From NCBI GenBank assembly GCA_026396175.1, contig JAPLXG010000008.1, positions 659-64,658 of the forward strand: DNA of 64,000 nt, given 5' to 3'. The notes beneath the pieces are model-generated. The model did no database searches, was not told the origin of the DNA, and saw nothing but the letters and a program-made list of their open reading frames with translations. Position numbers and translations under genes: made by a program. Below are positions 16,983 through 27,229 of this stretch, piece by piece; position 1 is the first letter of the stretch, and every line of letters begins with the position of its first letter. The stretch comes from Candidatus Moraniibacteriota bacterium (GTDB lineage Bacteria > Patescibacteriota > Minisyncoccia > Moranbacterales > UBA2206).

Positions 16983-17771
16983 TTAAAAACTAAAAAACCT
17001 AAATATTTTCAATAATACCGCCTCAAAAAACCCGCGATGTTTTTGAAAATAATAGTCCTGTGACTGATAATAGTTCTTTTTTTGTTCTTTTCTTTCCAAG
17101 AAACTTTTTCCCCCATAGTGTAACACAGAAAATTCAGGGAGATATGCTACTTTTTTGCCCAAAAGTTGGGTGCGATTACAAAGATCCACGTCTTCAAAAT
17201 AGGTAAAGAATTTCACGTCAAAACCGCCTAGTTGCAAAAATAACGCTCTGGGGATGAACATTGCCGTTCCCGCCACCCAAGAAACTTCCACCTTCTCACT
17301 GCTTTGCCAATATTTTTCATCCCCGGTTTTTCGCAAATTATTTTTTAAGACACTTCCGAGCGTAATCTTCCCTCCCGCACTCCATTTTTGCACACTACCG
17401 CCTGGTTCCACAAGCTTGGCGCCGATCACTCCCAAGGTCGAGTTATTTTCAAATTCCCGCGCGACAAGAGAAATGTCAGCTGAAATAATTTCCGCGTCAG
17501 GATTGAGAAAAAAAAGAATTTCTCCGACTGATTCTTTCGCTCCCAAGTTATTCGCGTTACCAAAGCCGCTATTTTGTGAGCTTTGAATAATTTTTATTCT
17601 AGGAAACTCATCCGTCAACCCACTAACCTCCGCTCTGGCGCCATTATTAACCACAATCACTTCAAAAGATATGCTGGAATCAATTTTCGCAAAAACAGAA
17701 AGCAAGCATTTTTCTAAATATGCCCGACTTTTAAAGTTCACAATGATTATAGACAGTATTACTTCTTGCAT
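16983..17771 (-). CDS. family 2 glycosyltransferase
   Basis: 262 aa. 'LSIIIVNFKSRAYLEKCL...VIVVNNGA' is a GT-A N-terminus. 'FEDVDLCNR' is the DxD-region motif typical of GT2 rhamnosyltransferase-like enzymes. Confidence 0.6.
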   Translation of the reverse strand: MQEVILSIIIVNFKSRAYLEKCLLSVFAKIDSSISFEVIVVNNGARAEVSGLTDEFPRIKIIQSSQNSGFGNANNLGAKESVGEILFFLNPDAEIISADISLVAREFENNSTLGVIGAKLVEPGGSVQKWSAGGKITLGSVLKNNLRKTGDEKYWQSSEKVEVSWVAGTAMFIPRALFLQLGGFDVKFFTYFEDVDLCNRTQLLGKKVAYLPEFSVLHYGGKSFLERKEQKKNYYQSQDYYFQKHRGFFEAVLLKIFRFFSF

Positions 17772-18631
17772 TTCAGTTTACTAAAATCCCGATAAGCTTT
17801 TTGCACGGCTAAATTTATTTCCGTCTTATTTTTTCTCACATCATTCCAGTTTTTCACTCTTCGCAAAAATGTATACGCGGGAATCCAAAGCTTAAGACAA
17901 TTTGGAACATTTTTGCGAAAAAATAAAAGCCCAGAAAGCACTAGCCAATACACCTTATTTTTTCTAACCTCTTCACTTTTTTCCAGGTGAGTAATCTGTG
18001 CGCCGGCCACAACCAAAAGTCCAAAGCCAGCTTTTTTCGCCCTAACGCTAAAATCCGCGTCTTCCCAATAAAGGAAAAAGTCTTCGTCCAGAAGGCCGAT
18101 TTTGGTAAAAACTTCCGCTCGCACCAGCATCGCGCATCCAGAAATAAAATCGGATCTGGTAAAATTACTTTCAATCAGCTCTTTCTTGTGCTCTGTCTTC
18201 ATGCGGAGCCAATCAATTTTTCCGCCGGAAAACCAAACTGCACGACCATCCCTGGCAAAAATCAACGGGCTCAAGATTCCTACCGTTTTATCGCTCTCGG
18301 CACTTTCAATCAACCGGCTCAAAAAATCCTTTTTCACCACCGTATCATTATTAAGCAGTAAAACATATTCCGCCATTCGCTCCAGGGAGTATTTTATTCC
18401 CACATTATTGCCGGCGGAAAAACCCAGATTGTGTTCATTTTTGATAAAAGTGGCGCGCGAAAAGCTTTGCCTTGCGCTTTCCAGGGACCCATCAATTGAA
18501 TTGTTGTCCACCGCTACGACTTCAAAGTTGGGGTAGCCCAAACAAAAAAGACTGGCGAGACTTCCCCGCAGACAGTCTTTGCCATTATAGTTCAAAACAA
18601 CGATACTAACTTTCGGATAAAGGCTTCTCAT
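17759..18631 (-). CDS. family 2 glycosyltransferase
   Basis: 290 aa. 'VSIVVLNYNGKDCLRGSLASL...VVAVDNNSIDGS' and 'YWEDADFSVR'. Confidence 0.65.
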   Translation of the reverse strand: MRSLYPKVSIVVLNYNGKDCLRGSLASLFCLGYPNFEVVAVDNNSIDGSLESARQSFSRATFIKNEHNLGFSAGNNVGIKYSLERMAEYVLLLNNDTVVKKDFLSRLIESAESDKTVGILSPLIFARDGRAVWFSGGKIDWLRMKTEHKKELIESNFTRSDFISGCAMLVRAEVFTKIGLLDEDFFLYWEDADFSVRAKKAGFGLLVVAGAQITHLEKSEEVRKNKVYWLVLSGLLFFRKNVPNCLKLWIPAYTFLRRVKNWNDVRKNKTEINLAVQKAYRDFSKLKCKK

Positions 18632-20057
18632 ATTCAGTAACGCTCTGCTTACTAATTATGCTAGTTATTTCTGAAATTTCCACTGCTTGAAATAATCCCA
18701 GGGCCAAGCTGTAGACACAAACGCTACCAAAGCCTAGCAGATAAAAATTGCTTGCGCGGAAAATAAAAAGGAATCCCGCCATTACCACACCGGAAAGCAC
18801 GATCCTTGCGATCTTTTCTACTCGAGGGAAGTAATTTAATTGTTTAAAGACGAGGTAGCCCGTCGCGATTGCCACAAAAGCTTCCGTAGCAAAAGAAATT
18901 GCGGCGGCCGCTACATAGGAAAAGAGCGGGATAAGCACCAAATTCGCCAAAACATTAAAAACCGCCGCCGCAGAAAGAATATACATCAGTTTTTTTTGCA
19001 GATTTCCAGCAATCAAAATTGCATTAAATAGGTTGCTGAAAAATATTGCTGTCATCGCGAAAACTAGGATGCGCAAAACCAAGGCCGACTCGGAAAATCC
19101 CGCGCCACCGATGAGATAGATGAGGCCGTTGGAAAGAAAAAGCGTTCCCACGACAAGCGGCACGGTGAGTAGGGCAAAAACCTTGAAAGTCTTATTGGAA
19201 ATATCAAAAAATCTTTTCTCATCACTGAAAATATGTTGAGAAATAATCGGAAAAATCAATCCCACAATCATCGATGGGAAAAAGGAAATGTTTTCCAAAA
19301 CCTTATAGGCAACGTTATAAATTCCCACCTCCGCATTGCTTTTCATAATCGACAAAAGAATCGTGTCGACCTTAAAGTAAACAAAAACCACGATGGCCAT
19401 AATTCCGATTGGATAGGACTCAAGGAGAAATTTTTTCCAATAGCCAAAATCAAACGCTAGCCGCACTTTGATATATTTTTTTGACCAAAAATATACCAGA
19501 AAAAAACTGGCTATCATATTAAACAAGAGCGAGGTGATGATCCAGGAAAAACTCAATCTCAGCTTAACCGCCAAAATCACAACAGCCAGCTGAACAACTT
19601 TTCCTAAAAGCTCTGAAATGGCCACCTTGTCCATCGCCAAGTTTTTTTGAAAAACCCCATTTAAGATCTGATAGCTGGAAGAAAAAACCAGTGAGGCCGC
19701 AATAATCACAATGCCCCATTTAACCTCTTGGGAATAAGGTAAAAACAGAATTACGAAAAATGAAAGCAAAAAAATTGCCAGCGAAGAAATTATCCGCATC
19801 GAAAAAGCATTTGCCATAATCTCCTCCTCGTTTGCTCCGGGACGAGATATTTCGCGCGTCGAAAATTGATAGAGACCAAAATCGGAGACGGCGGAAAAGA
19901 AAGAAAGGAACGCGAGGACAGTAGCATAATCTCCAAAACCGCCCTTGCCCAAATAGCGGGTAATAAAACCGATTGCGGCAAGTGCGAGCGCTGTAGAGAG
20001 TATCTTAGAAATACTGCTCACCAGCACGTTATAGGCTATTTTTCTGGCAATAACCAT
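18606..20057 (-). CDS. MOP-superfamily polysaccharide flippase (Wzx-like)
   Basis: 483 aa, about 12-14 TM helices. The N-terminal 'KIAYNVLVSSISKILSTALALAAIGFITRYLGKGGFGDYATVLAFLSF' is typical of Wzx/polysaccharide-biosynthesis proteins. Confidence 0.65.
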   Translation of the reverse strand: MVIARKIAYNVLVSSISKILSTALALAAIGFITRYLGKGGFGDYATVLAFLSFFSAVSDFGLYQFSTREISRPGANEEEIMANAFSMRIISSLAIFLLSFFVILFLPYSQEVKWGIVIIAASLVFSSSYQILNGVFQKNLAMDKVAISELLGKVVQLAVVILAVKLRLSFSWIITSLLFNMIASFFLVYFWSKKYIKVRLAFDFGYWKKFLLESYPIGIMAIVVFVYFKVDTILLSIMKSNAEVGIYNVAYKVLENISFFPSMIVGLIFPIISQHIFSDEKRFFDISNKTFKVFALLTVPLVVGTLFLSNGLIYLIGGAGFSESALVLRILVFAMTAIFFSNLFNAILIAGNLQKKLMYILSAAAVFNVLANLVLIPLFSYVAAAAISFATEAFVAIATGYLVFKQLNYFPRVEKIARIVLSGVVMAGFLFIFRASNFYLLGFGSVCVYSLALGLFQAVEISEITSIISKQSVTEYEKPLSES

Positions 20058-20209
20058 AAGAAATAAATTTGAAATTTGAAATTTGAAATTTTAATTCAAA
20101 TCCAAATTATCTCGTACACCTAAGCTCCGGCGTAAGGTGGTTAGATTTTTTAATTTTAAGCATTTTATCATTTGAAATTGATTTTAAATTTTAAATTTCA
20201 AATTGAAAA
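20058..20209. repeat. AT-rich 'aaatttgaaatttgaaatttgaaat' repeat block
   Basis: Triple tandem aatttgaaat, then 'gaaattgattttaaatttt' and 'ttgctcca', which are shared with 43315-43345. Confidence 0.65.
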
Positions 20210-20683
20210 TTATTGCTCCAGGGGCTTTATCACAATCCTCCGTGATTCTCCTTCGCCGATGCTTTCTGTTTTGATTTGATTATTTTTTGAAAGCTCCATA
20301 TGCACAATTCTTCTTTCATAGGCAGTCATGGGACGCATGACCACTTCTTTTTTTTCTACTATCACTTCCTGGGCAAGATTTTTCGCCAAGCGCACAATTG
20401 AATCGTTCTTTTCTTGGCGATAAGAATTAACATCCAAAATAAAATTAACCGGTTCTTCAAGGCGTTTTCGGATGATTACCCGCACGATATGTTGCAACGA
20501 CTGCAAGTTTAGTCCGTATTGCCCGATTAAAAAATTAGAGTCCTCCGTTTTAATATCACACACTATCATATCCTTTCCTTCCTCTTGGGCGTCTCTCACT
20601 TTAACCGTTGCAATAAAGCCCATTTTTTCAATCAGCTCGGCAACAATCCCCACTATCTCTTTTTCCAGTTGTGCTCTTTCCAT
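20210..20683 (-). CDS. khpB: Jag/KhpB-family RNA-binding protein (KH + R3H)
   Basis: 157 aa. C-terminal R3H-like 'MRPMTAYERRIVHMELSKNNQIKTESIGEGESRRIVIKP'. Conserved position downstream of yidC. Confidence 0.65.
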   Translation of the reverse strand: MERAQLEKEIVGIVAELIEKMGFIATVKVRDAQEEGKDMIVCDIKTEDSNFLIGQYGLNLQSLQHIVRVIIRKRLEEPVNFILDVNSYRQEKNDSIVRLAKNLAQEVIVEKKEVVMRPMTAYERRIVHMELSKNNQIKTESIGEGESRRIVIKPLEQ

Positions 20684-20752
20684 CTGATTTAATTCGCCCA
20701 GTGTCCGCTACATCCCCCTAGTCTAGCGCTGACGCTTAGGTTTATTTAAAAT

Positions 20753-21538
20753 TTACAATTTAACAGCGGTGGCATTTTTCAGTTTCTCAAGATATTCTTG
20801 TTGAGCAATCATAAACAGGGTTGACACCAGCCAATATAGCGCGAGTCCGGCCGGGAACTTGATTCCGATAAACAGCGTCATAATAGGAGCGAGGTAAAGC
20901 ATCTGCTTGGACATAACTTGGGCGAAATCTGGATTTTTGTCGTCTTTTTTTCCTAATTTAGCATCCTTTTGGCTTTTTGTCGCCATCAGCATTTTGGTTT
21001 GGATATATTGCGCTCCGGCCGCAGCGATTACGAGAATAATATGGGCAATATTACCGGCGCTCAGACTCTTGAAATCCACAATGCTGGAAAGATCAATAAG
21101 ACCCAAAAATAGATGCTTGATCTGACCGGGATTGTGCATAAATAGATACAAATCACTACTATTGACCATTAGGCCGTTTTTGGAGATATTAAACAGCACT
21201 CGATAGATCGCAATCAGAAACACTAACTGAAAAACCATCGGCAGACACCCAGAAAAAGGATTGGCCTTGTTTTCCTTATAAAACTCCATCAGCGCCCGAC
21301 TTTGCTTCTCTTTGTCATTTTTGTATTTATCCTGAATTTCCTTTATCTTAGGCTGCAATTCCTGCATTTTCTTTTGCGATTCAATCTGTTTTCTGCTGAG
21401 CGGCAGGAGGATAAGCTTGATAATTATCGTAACTAAGATAATTGCAATGCCAAAATCATGGAGTGGCACGATATTGTAAGTAAAAATCAACAGGTTGTAA
21501 ATTGGTCGATAAACAAACTCGTTAAATAGAAATCCCAT
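20753..21538 (-). CDS. yidC: YidC/Oxa1-family membrane protein insertase (short form)
   Basis: 261 aa. 'YRPIYNLLIFTYNIVPLHDFGIAIILVTIIIKLILLPL' and the C-terminal 'GLALYWLVSTLFMIAQQ' are hallmark YidC segments. Lies between rnpA and jag. Confidence 0.75.
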   Translation of the reverse strand: MGFLFNEFVYRPIYNLLIFTYNIVPLHDFGIAIILVTIIIKLILLPLSRKQIESQKKMQELQPKIKEIQDKYKNDKEKQSRALMEFYKENKANPFSGCLPMVFQLVFLIAIYRVLFNISKNGLMVNSSDLYLFMHNPGQIKHLFLGLIDLSSIVDFKSLSAGNIAHIILVIAAAGAQYIQTKMLMATKSQKDAKLGKKDDKNPDFAQVMSKQMLYLAPIMTLFIGIKFPAGLALYWLVSTLFMIAQQEYLEKLKNATAVKL

Positions 21539-21579
21539 TTTGTTTTTATGCTACTCTTTTTTTAAAATAAGTAGTAAGA

Positions 21580-21918
21580 TTATTCTTTAAATAAGCCATT
21601 TTTCACTAAAATTTGCCTGATTGTCGGCCCGGGATTCGCTTTTTCCTCCCAGGTTTTTCCCACAATAACCACAACATCCTGACTGGTAGCAATTCTTGCC
21701 AAATTTTGCTCAAAAAAAGCCCTAACTTGGCGCTTCATTCGATTGCGAGCAACTGCTTTCGAGGAAAACTTGAGCCCGACCGACACGCCAAGTCGCACCA
21801 ATCCGAGCTGATTTTCCCGTATCCTTAAAATCAGCCCATCAGCAGAAAAAGACCTGCTATAGCGACAAATTGCCCCAAAATCAGCGCCCTCTCTAATTCG
21901 ATTCTTTTTCGGTAACAT
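21580..21918 (-). CDS. rnpA: ribonuclease P protein component
   Basis: 112 aa, basic. 'RLGVSVGLKFSSKAVARNRMKRQVRAFFEQ' matches the RnpA RNR-motif region. Immediately downstream of rpmH. Confidence 0.7.
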   Translation of the reverse strand: MLPKKNRIREGADFGAICRYSRSFSADGLILRIRENQLGLVRLGVSVGLKFSSKAVARNRMKRQVRAFFEQNLARIATSQDVVVIVGKTWEEKANPGPTIRQILVKNGLFKE

Positions 21919-21943
21919 TTTCAGGTTTTAACCAGTTAAAAAA

Positions 21944-22081
21944 CTAGACTGTTGTCAATTTTGCGCGACCCTTTCTTCTTCGCGCTTTTAGCACGTTTTT
22001 TCCCGAAGGAGTGCTGTTTCTCTCGATAAAACCATGGCTTCTTTTCCTTTTAATGCTTTTCGGTTTGTATGTTACGCTCAT
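21944..22081 (-). CDS. rpmH: 50S ribosomal protein L34
   Basis: Not in the ORF track because it is 45 aa. Translation of the minus strand gives MSVTYKPKSIKRKRSHGFIERNSTPSGKNVLKARRRKGRAKLTTV*, a canonical L34, in the conserved rpmH-rnpA arrangement. The plus-strand ORF 22011..22271 is its antisense shadow. Confidence 0.75.
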   Translation of the reverse strand: MSVTYKPKSIKRKRSHGFIERNSTPSGKNVLKARRRKGRAKLTTV

Positions 22082-22490
22082 TTATTTAACCTTTAAACTA
22101 TTTATAACTAACCAATTAGAAGTTTATCAATTATTCGCCAAAAAGTCAATCAAAAAGCCTTTTTTGTCTCGCAACCACCACAAGGCCTACCGCCAACCCA
22201 AAAGCAAGCTTCTCTATAGCCAAGTTTTAGCAAAGAAAAAACTGGCAAGCTTAAGGGCTCTAAAAAAATAAAGGTAGGCTCAAAAATACCCCGCGCTTTG
22301 AAGATTGCTTTTGGGCTGGGCCTAAGCCTTGAGTCAATCTTCGCTAACACTTGCTTTTTTTGTTTTTTTATATTAGCTTTAAATCATATTAACAGCTTAT
22401 CCCCAGGTTCTAAACGTTCCTCCCATATTGTCTTTTTTTGCTTTATGCTATACTTTTTCTAAGTAAGCATCTTTTATTTCATCAATCAAA

Positions 22491-23867
22491 ATGACCAACG
22501 AAGAACTCTGGCAATCAGCGCTTAATGAAATAGAGTTGTCTATTTCTAAGGCCAACTTTATCACCTGGCTCAAGGGGACTAGGATTATTTCTAACACGGA
22601 AGGAAAAATTGTTATTAGTGTTCCCAATGGTTTTGCCAAGGAATGGTTGGAAAATAAATATAACGCCTACATCCTGAAAGCTTTGCGCAACATCCAACCA
22701 GACATTAAATCCGCCACCTGCCTTATCGCCACACCCAAAGAAGAATATCTTCCCCGCAAAGAATCAATGATGGATGCGATCATTGCTCCGCAAAAAAATG
22801 ATTCGCGCATAGAAAAAAAGAATTTTACGGTAAACATCGAAAATAATCTTAACCCCAAATATACTTTTGAAAATTTCATCATTGGCGGAAATAATGAACT
22901 AGCACACGCCGCTTGCGTAGCAGTATCCCAAAATCTTGGTAAAATCTATAACCCGCTTTTCATTTATGGCGGAGTGGGCCTCGGGAAAACCCACCTCATC
23001 CAATCAATCGGCAACAAAATCCTCGAGAAAAACCCTGCGTTTAAGGTAAAATACATCACTTCAGAAAGATTCACCTCCAACCTAATTGACGCCCTGCAAA
23101 ACCAAAAAATCAATGAGTTTAAGGAATATTACCAAAAAATGGATATCCTGATTATTGATGATATTCAGTTCATTTCCGGCAAAGAAAAAACGCAGGAAGA
23201 ATTTTTTCACATTTTCAATTATCTCTACCAGCTCAACAAGCAAATCGTGCTTAGTAGTGATCGTCCACCCAAATCGATTCAAATCCTTGAGGAAAGATTA
23301 CGTTCGCGCTTTGAAGGAGGAATGATTGCGGACGTCTCCAGCCCAGACCTAGAAACGCGCCTCGCGATTTTGAGAAAAAAAGTAGCCGATGAAGAGCTGG
23401 AAATCAGTGAGGACGCCTTGCTTTTTGTCGCTACTAACATCAAAAATAATATCCGCGAACTAGAAGGTGCCCTAAACCGACTAATTGTCTCTTCTCAATT
23501 GACCGGCGCGGAAATAACTGTCGCCTTTGCTAAAAACCAACTGTCCGAGCTAATTTCCAGTGGGATTAAGAAAGGTATCACACCAAAACACATCATTAAA
23601 GCCGTTTCTGCTTTTTATGACATTGACCAAAATGATCTGGTTTTGAAAAATCGTAAAAAAGAAATTGTCAGACCCAGGCAGGTGGCAATGTACCTACTGC
23701 GCAGTGAGATAGATTTTTCCTATCCTGGTATTGGTGAAAAGTTAGGCGGGAGAGATCACACAACAGCCATCCACGCTTTTGAAAAAATTTCTAAAAACCT
23801 CCTAACCGATGCCAAGTTAAATGAAGAAATTGCTCAAATTAAAAACCAACTTTACAAATTAGACTAA
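22491..23867 (+). CDS. dnaA: chromosomal replication initiator DnaA
   Basis: 458 aa. Walker A 'GGVGLGKTHL', 'IDDIQF' and the C-terminal DNA-binding domain 'RQVAMYLLRSEIDFSYPGIGEKLGGRDHTTAIHA'. Confidence 0.9.
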   Translation: MTNEELWQSALNEIELSISKANFITWLKGTRIISNTEGKIVISVPNGFAKEWLENKYNAYILKALRNIQPDIKSATCLIATPKEEYLPRKESMMDAIIAPQKNDSRIEKKNFTVNIENNLNPKYTFENFIIGGNNELAHAACVAVSQNLGKIYNPLFIYGGVGLGKTHLIQSIGNKILEKNPAFKVKYITSERFTSNLIDALQNQKINEFKEYYQKMDILIIDDIQFISGKEKTQEEFFHIFNYLYQLNKQIVLSSDRPPKSIQILEERLRSRFEGGMIADVSSPDLETRLAILRKKVADEELEISEDALLFVATNIKNNIRELEGALNRLIVSSQLTGAEITVAFAKNQLSELISSGIKKGITPKHIIKAVSAFYDIDQNDLVLKNRKKEIVRPRQVAMYLLRSEIDFSYPGIGEKLGGRDHTTAIHAFEKISKNLLTDAKLNEEIAQIKNQLYKLD

Positions 23868-24134
23868 TTACTTGTGGATAAGTTGTTGTAAACCATCGCA
23901 AAACACTTTTCTCGCATATTCCACTCTTGTGGATAACTTGGCTAAATAAAAAATTAAATCTCAAAACAACCACCCGAGCCACCACTTATCCGAGACAAAA
24001 AATCAATCCTATCCACCAAACACTCACAACCATTTCCCCTCAGTTAAGCGATATTTCAGACTTATCCACAACTTTCCTTTTTATAATAATAACAATAATA
24101 ATTTTATATTAATTAATAAAATACTAATACCCCC
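23868..24134. promoter_or_regulatory. oriC: DnaA-box cluster plus AT-rich unwinding element in the dnaA-dnaN intergenic region
   Basis: Perfect DnaA boxes TGTGGATAA at 23873-23881 and 23929-23937, and TTATCCACA at 24062-24070. Imperfect boxes at 23986-23994 and 24009-24017. AT-rich run 24080-24130 (ttataataataacaataataattttatattaattaataaaatactaat). Confidence 0.65.
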
Positions 24135-25295
24135 ATGAAACTCATTTGCACACAAGATAATTTTAAAAAAGCGATCACTAATTCTGAGCGAATCGTTTCT
24201 CGACAAAATACATTACCAATTCTAAATAATATTCTCTTAGAAGCGAGTAAAGGTTATTTGAAAATTACCGCGACTAACTTGGAAATTGGAATTGAGATTA
24301 AAATTGGCGCTAAAATAGAAAAAGAAGGTCGCATTACTGTTCCTGCTAAACTCCTGGGTAATTTTTCCAGCAACTTGACTGAAGGAGAAAATATGGACAT
24401 TGAGGCGACAGATCAAAATTTGAAAATTAAAAATGGCTCAACAAAAGCGATGATAAAAGGTTTTTCCGCCGAAGACTTTCCTTTAATTCCCCAGAAAAAC
24501 ACCGAAAAAGCGCTAGGTATTGCAATAACCCAATTGAAAGATATTTTTTCCAAAATTCTTATCTCTGTGGCGCATAATGAAGCGCGGCAAGAACTGACTG
24601 GGGTGAATGTTACTTTTGGGGAAAAGGAATTACTTTTCGCTTCCACGGACGGATTTCGTCTTTCGGAGTATGTCTTGAAACTAAATGAAGGTAGTGTGAA
24701 TCGGGAGCGCTACAGCGAGTTGATGGAAAAAACTAAAAACATTATTATCCCAACCAACACACTACTAGAGTTAAATCGGATTATTTCCAATAATTTTGAG
24801 GATGGGGAGGTGGGAATTTTTATTGAAGAAGGGCAGATTTTCTTTGAGGTGAGGGAGATAAAGTTGGTTTCTCGCCTGATTAATGGAAAATATCCGGAAT
24901 ATAAACACATAATGCCGCAAAACTATAAAACTACAATTACTGGTGAGCGCAAAGTGTTGCAAAACGCCCTGAAAATCGCGGGAGTTTTTGTGAATAATAA
25001 ATCCAATGAAGTGGTGCTAAAAATTGACGCCGGTGAAAATAAAATAATTATCGACACTAAGAGCGCGGAGGTGGGCGAAAACTCAACAGAAATCAATTTC
25101 AAAGCCCAAGGGGAATCCCAAGAAATTGTTTTTAACTTGAAATATTTACTCGAAGGGATTAATGTGGTTACGACGAATAGTTTAGCCCTATCGGCCAACA
25201 GCGATTCTTCTCCGGTGGCAATTCGCGAGTTGGACACAAAAACCGGCGAACCGCTGAATAATTTTACCTATATTATTATGCCAATAAAAAATTAA
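24135..25295 (+). CDS. dnaN: DNA polymerase III beta sliding clamp
   Basis: 386 aa, immediately downstream of dnaA/oriC. Three-domain clamp architecture; N-terminus 'MKLICTQDNFKKAITNSERIVSRQNTLPILNNILLEA'. Confidence 0.85.
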   Translation: MKLICTQDNFKKAITNSERIVSRQNTLPILNNILLEASKGYLKITATNLEIGIEIKIGAKIEKEGRITVPAKLLGNFSSNLTEGENMDIEATDQNLKIKNGSTKAMIKGFSAEDFPLIPQKNTEKALGIAITQLKDIFSKILISVAHNEARQELTGVNVTFGEKELLFASTDGFRLSEYVLKLNEGSVNRERYSELMEKTKNIIIPTNTLLELNRIISNNFEDGEVGIFIEEGQIFFEVREIKLVSRLINGKYPEYKHIMPQNYKTTITGERKVLQNALKIAGVFVNNKSNEVVLKIDAGENKIIIDTKSAEVGENSTEINFKAQGESQEIVFNLKYLLEGINVVTTNSLALSANSDSSPVAIRELDTKTGEPLNNFTYIIMPIKN

Positions 25296-25321
25296 AATTA
25301 TAACCTATACTTCTTAAACCA

Positions 25322-25396
25322 CATTAGGGTCATTAGAGTGTAAATTTGAGTATTAGTGTCGCTATAAGGGCTCAATATGCGACTCTAATTTACGAA
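25322..25396. repeat. ~80-nt palindromic intergenic element, copy 2 (inverted relative to 10466-10556)
   Basis: 'gggtcattagagtgtaaatttgagtattagtgtcgc' is the reverse complement of 10519-10554. It is followed by the CCTGCCTGCCGGTAGGCAGG palindrome at 25397-25416. Confidence 0.65.
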
Positions 25397-25469
25397 CCTG
25401 CCTGCCGGTAGGCAGGTAAGCACCCGAATGTCGCGAATGGTATAGATGTGTAAGTTATAAATATAAAAA

Positions 25470-25751
25470 ATGAAAGCGCTTAGTGATATTTTAAGTGGCA
25501 GAAGATTGCAAAAAAAGCAGATTTTGGATGATAAGACTGTTTTTTTTGTGTTCAAAAAAGTGATCGAAGCGGAATTTGGTCAAATTGGGAAAACTAAATT
25601 CACCCCAGATTATTTCGCCAAAAGAATTTTGTTTGTCAAAGCCCAAAATAGCGCCTGGTCGGCGGAACTTTGGACGAATAAAGCGCGGATCATTAAAAAA
25701 ATCAACGAAGAACTTGGGGAAGAGGGGGTGGAGAATATTAAGATGAAATGA
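25470..25751 (+). CDS. dciA: DUF721/DciA-like protein (putative replicative helicase loader)
   Basis: 93 aa. 'LFVKAQNSAWSAELWTNKARIIKKINEELG' matches the DUF721 core (conserved SxW...L). Classic position next to dnaA-dnaN. Confidence 0.5.
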   Translation: MKALSDILSGRRLQKKQILDDKTVFFVFKKVIEAEFGQIGKTKFTPDYFAKRILFVKAQNSAWSAELWTNKARIIKKINEELGEEGVENIKMK

Positions 25752-25870
25752 GTTTTTTTGATGGTATATGAAATGTGCACAGTATTGAAATAGTAATTAT
25801 GAAAAAAGATGTTGAGTGAGGCTTATGCTATAATCTAGCTATAGCATCTCAGAAGCATAATCTAAAAACT

Positions 25871-27211
25871 ATGAGTATTGATAATCAAGATGAATATAAA
25901 ATAGGTATGACGGAATTACCGAAAAAACTTGTCGAGAAAGAACAGTCGGTGTTTTTGAAAATTTTAAGCGATCCTCAGTATGGGCAAATTTTTAAAGAAG
26001 AGCAGTTGAAATACAAAGAGGAGGAAGTCGGTCGCGAAGCTACGGGGAAAGTTGATTTTAATGTGATTCCAACACAAGAAATACACAAAAGAGCCAAGGA
26101 AAGGTTTGTGAAAGAATTTTCCCAACAAGCGACGAAATATCCGGAAACAAAATTATTAGCAGAAAAACAAAATCTTTCTGAAAATAAGCAACAGCTAGAT
26201 CAGTCGATTGAAAAAGACACAGCTAACTTAAAAAGCGCCCTGAAAAAACTGGACATACCGGAAAATGTTGCAAATAAGGCGCCAAGTATTCTGATGGCAA
26301 AAGCAAGCTCGGAGAGAATGGATAAAAAATTAGCTAAAACAGAAGAAGCTCTTAGGCAAGAAGAAAAACAAGGAGAGTTAATGGGATCATTCTTAGAAAG
26401 AGAATATGGAGCCAAAAAAGACAGTCATATCGAAAAAGCAAAAGAGGAATTGCCGGAAAAGGGAGTGGCAGAATTTTTAGCGGATAAGCCGGAAGATAAA
26501 AACAATGAACTAAAAAGTGAAATTGGGGAAAAAATAGAAAAAGCTAATCAAGAGGGAAGGCCGTTGGAAAAAGACCAAGAAGAAGCATTGCGCAAAAAAG
26601 CGGTTGGGGGACTTTCGCAAGAATCGACGGAACAAAAAGAAACAGAAAGCAGCGTTCTTGATGATATGGAGCAACCTAGCGTAGGTGAATTAAAGAATGA
26701 AGACAGAGAAAGTGGCGGGGAAAATAGTGAACAGAAATCAGCAGGAGTGGCCTTGGAAAAAATCAGAATGCATGAATTTTCCGGCTATACTAAGGATTTA
26801 GTGAACACTTTACGCAGAAGAGAGGATGATAATCTTTCGCCTATTATCGATCCTAAAGCTATAGGCTATTTGGCTCAGACTGCAGATCAGCTGGAAGATT
26901 TGTTTCGTAATAAAAAAGCTAAGCCAGAAGATGTTAACCAAGCTATCTTAAAAGTCGTAGCAGTTATTAATGCTATTGGAAAAGATTTGCCAAGAACGGG
27001 GATGGTTAGGGATAATTCAGAGAGTCTGAGGCGAGTTGCCTATAACCTGAGAAACTTAGGAGAAAGCAGCCGCAATATTATGATTCAGCTTGGTGGGAAG
27101 GAAGATCCTAATCTCAAAGAAACCGTTGGTCGTTTTGGTCAACTTCTTAATCTCACAGAAGAAAGGTGGGGCTATGTGAACAGAAAAGTAGGCATTTTGG
27201 AGAATAGATAG
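25871..27211 (+). CDS. hypothetical highly charged (E/K-rich) coiled-coil protein
   Basis: 446 aa. Possible extended -10 promoter (TGcTATAAT) at 25826-25834. No enzymatic motifs. Confidence 0.45.
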   Translation: MSIDNQDEYKIGMTELPKKLVEKEQSVFLKILSDPQYGQIFKEEQLKYKEEEVGREATGKVDFNVIPTQEIHKRAKERFVKEFSQQATKYPETKLLAEKQNLSENKQQLDQSIEKDTANLKSALKKLDIPENVANKAPSILMAKASSERMDKKLAKTEEALRQEEKQGELMGSFLEREYGAKKDSHIEKAKEELPEKGVAEFLADKPEDKNNELKSEIGEKIEKANQEGRPLEKDQEEALRKKAVGGLSQESTEQKETESSVLDDMEQPSVGELKNEDRESGGENSEQKSAGVALEKIRMHEFSGYTKDLVNTLRRREDDNLSPIIDPKAIGYLAQTADQLEDLFRNKKAKPEDVNQAILKVVAVINAIGKDLPRTGMVRDNSESLRRVAYNLRNLGESSRNIMIQLGGKEDPNLKETVGRFGQLLNLTEERWGYVNRKVGILENR

Positions 27212-27229
27212 GCCAGCTAAAGAATTGGA

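Noticed and set aside
22011-22271. 86-aa plus-strand ORF upstream of dnaA
   Set aside because: It lies antisense to a textbook ribosomal protein L34 (rpmH) on the minus strand, has no SD, and has an odd Leu/Phe-rich composition.
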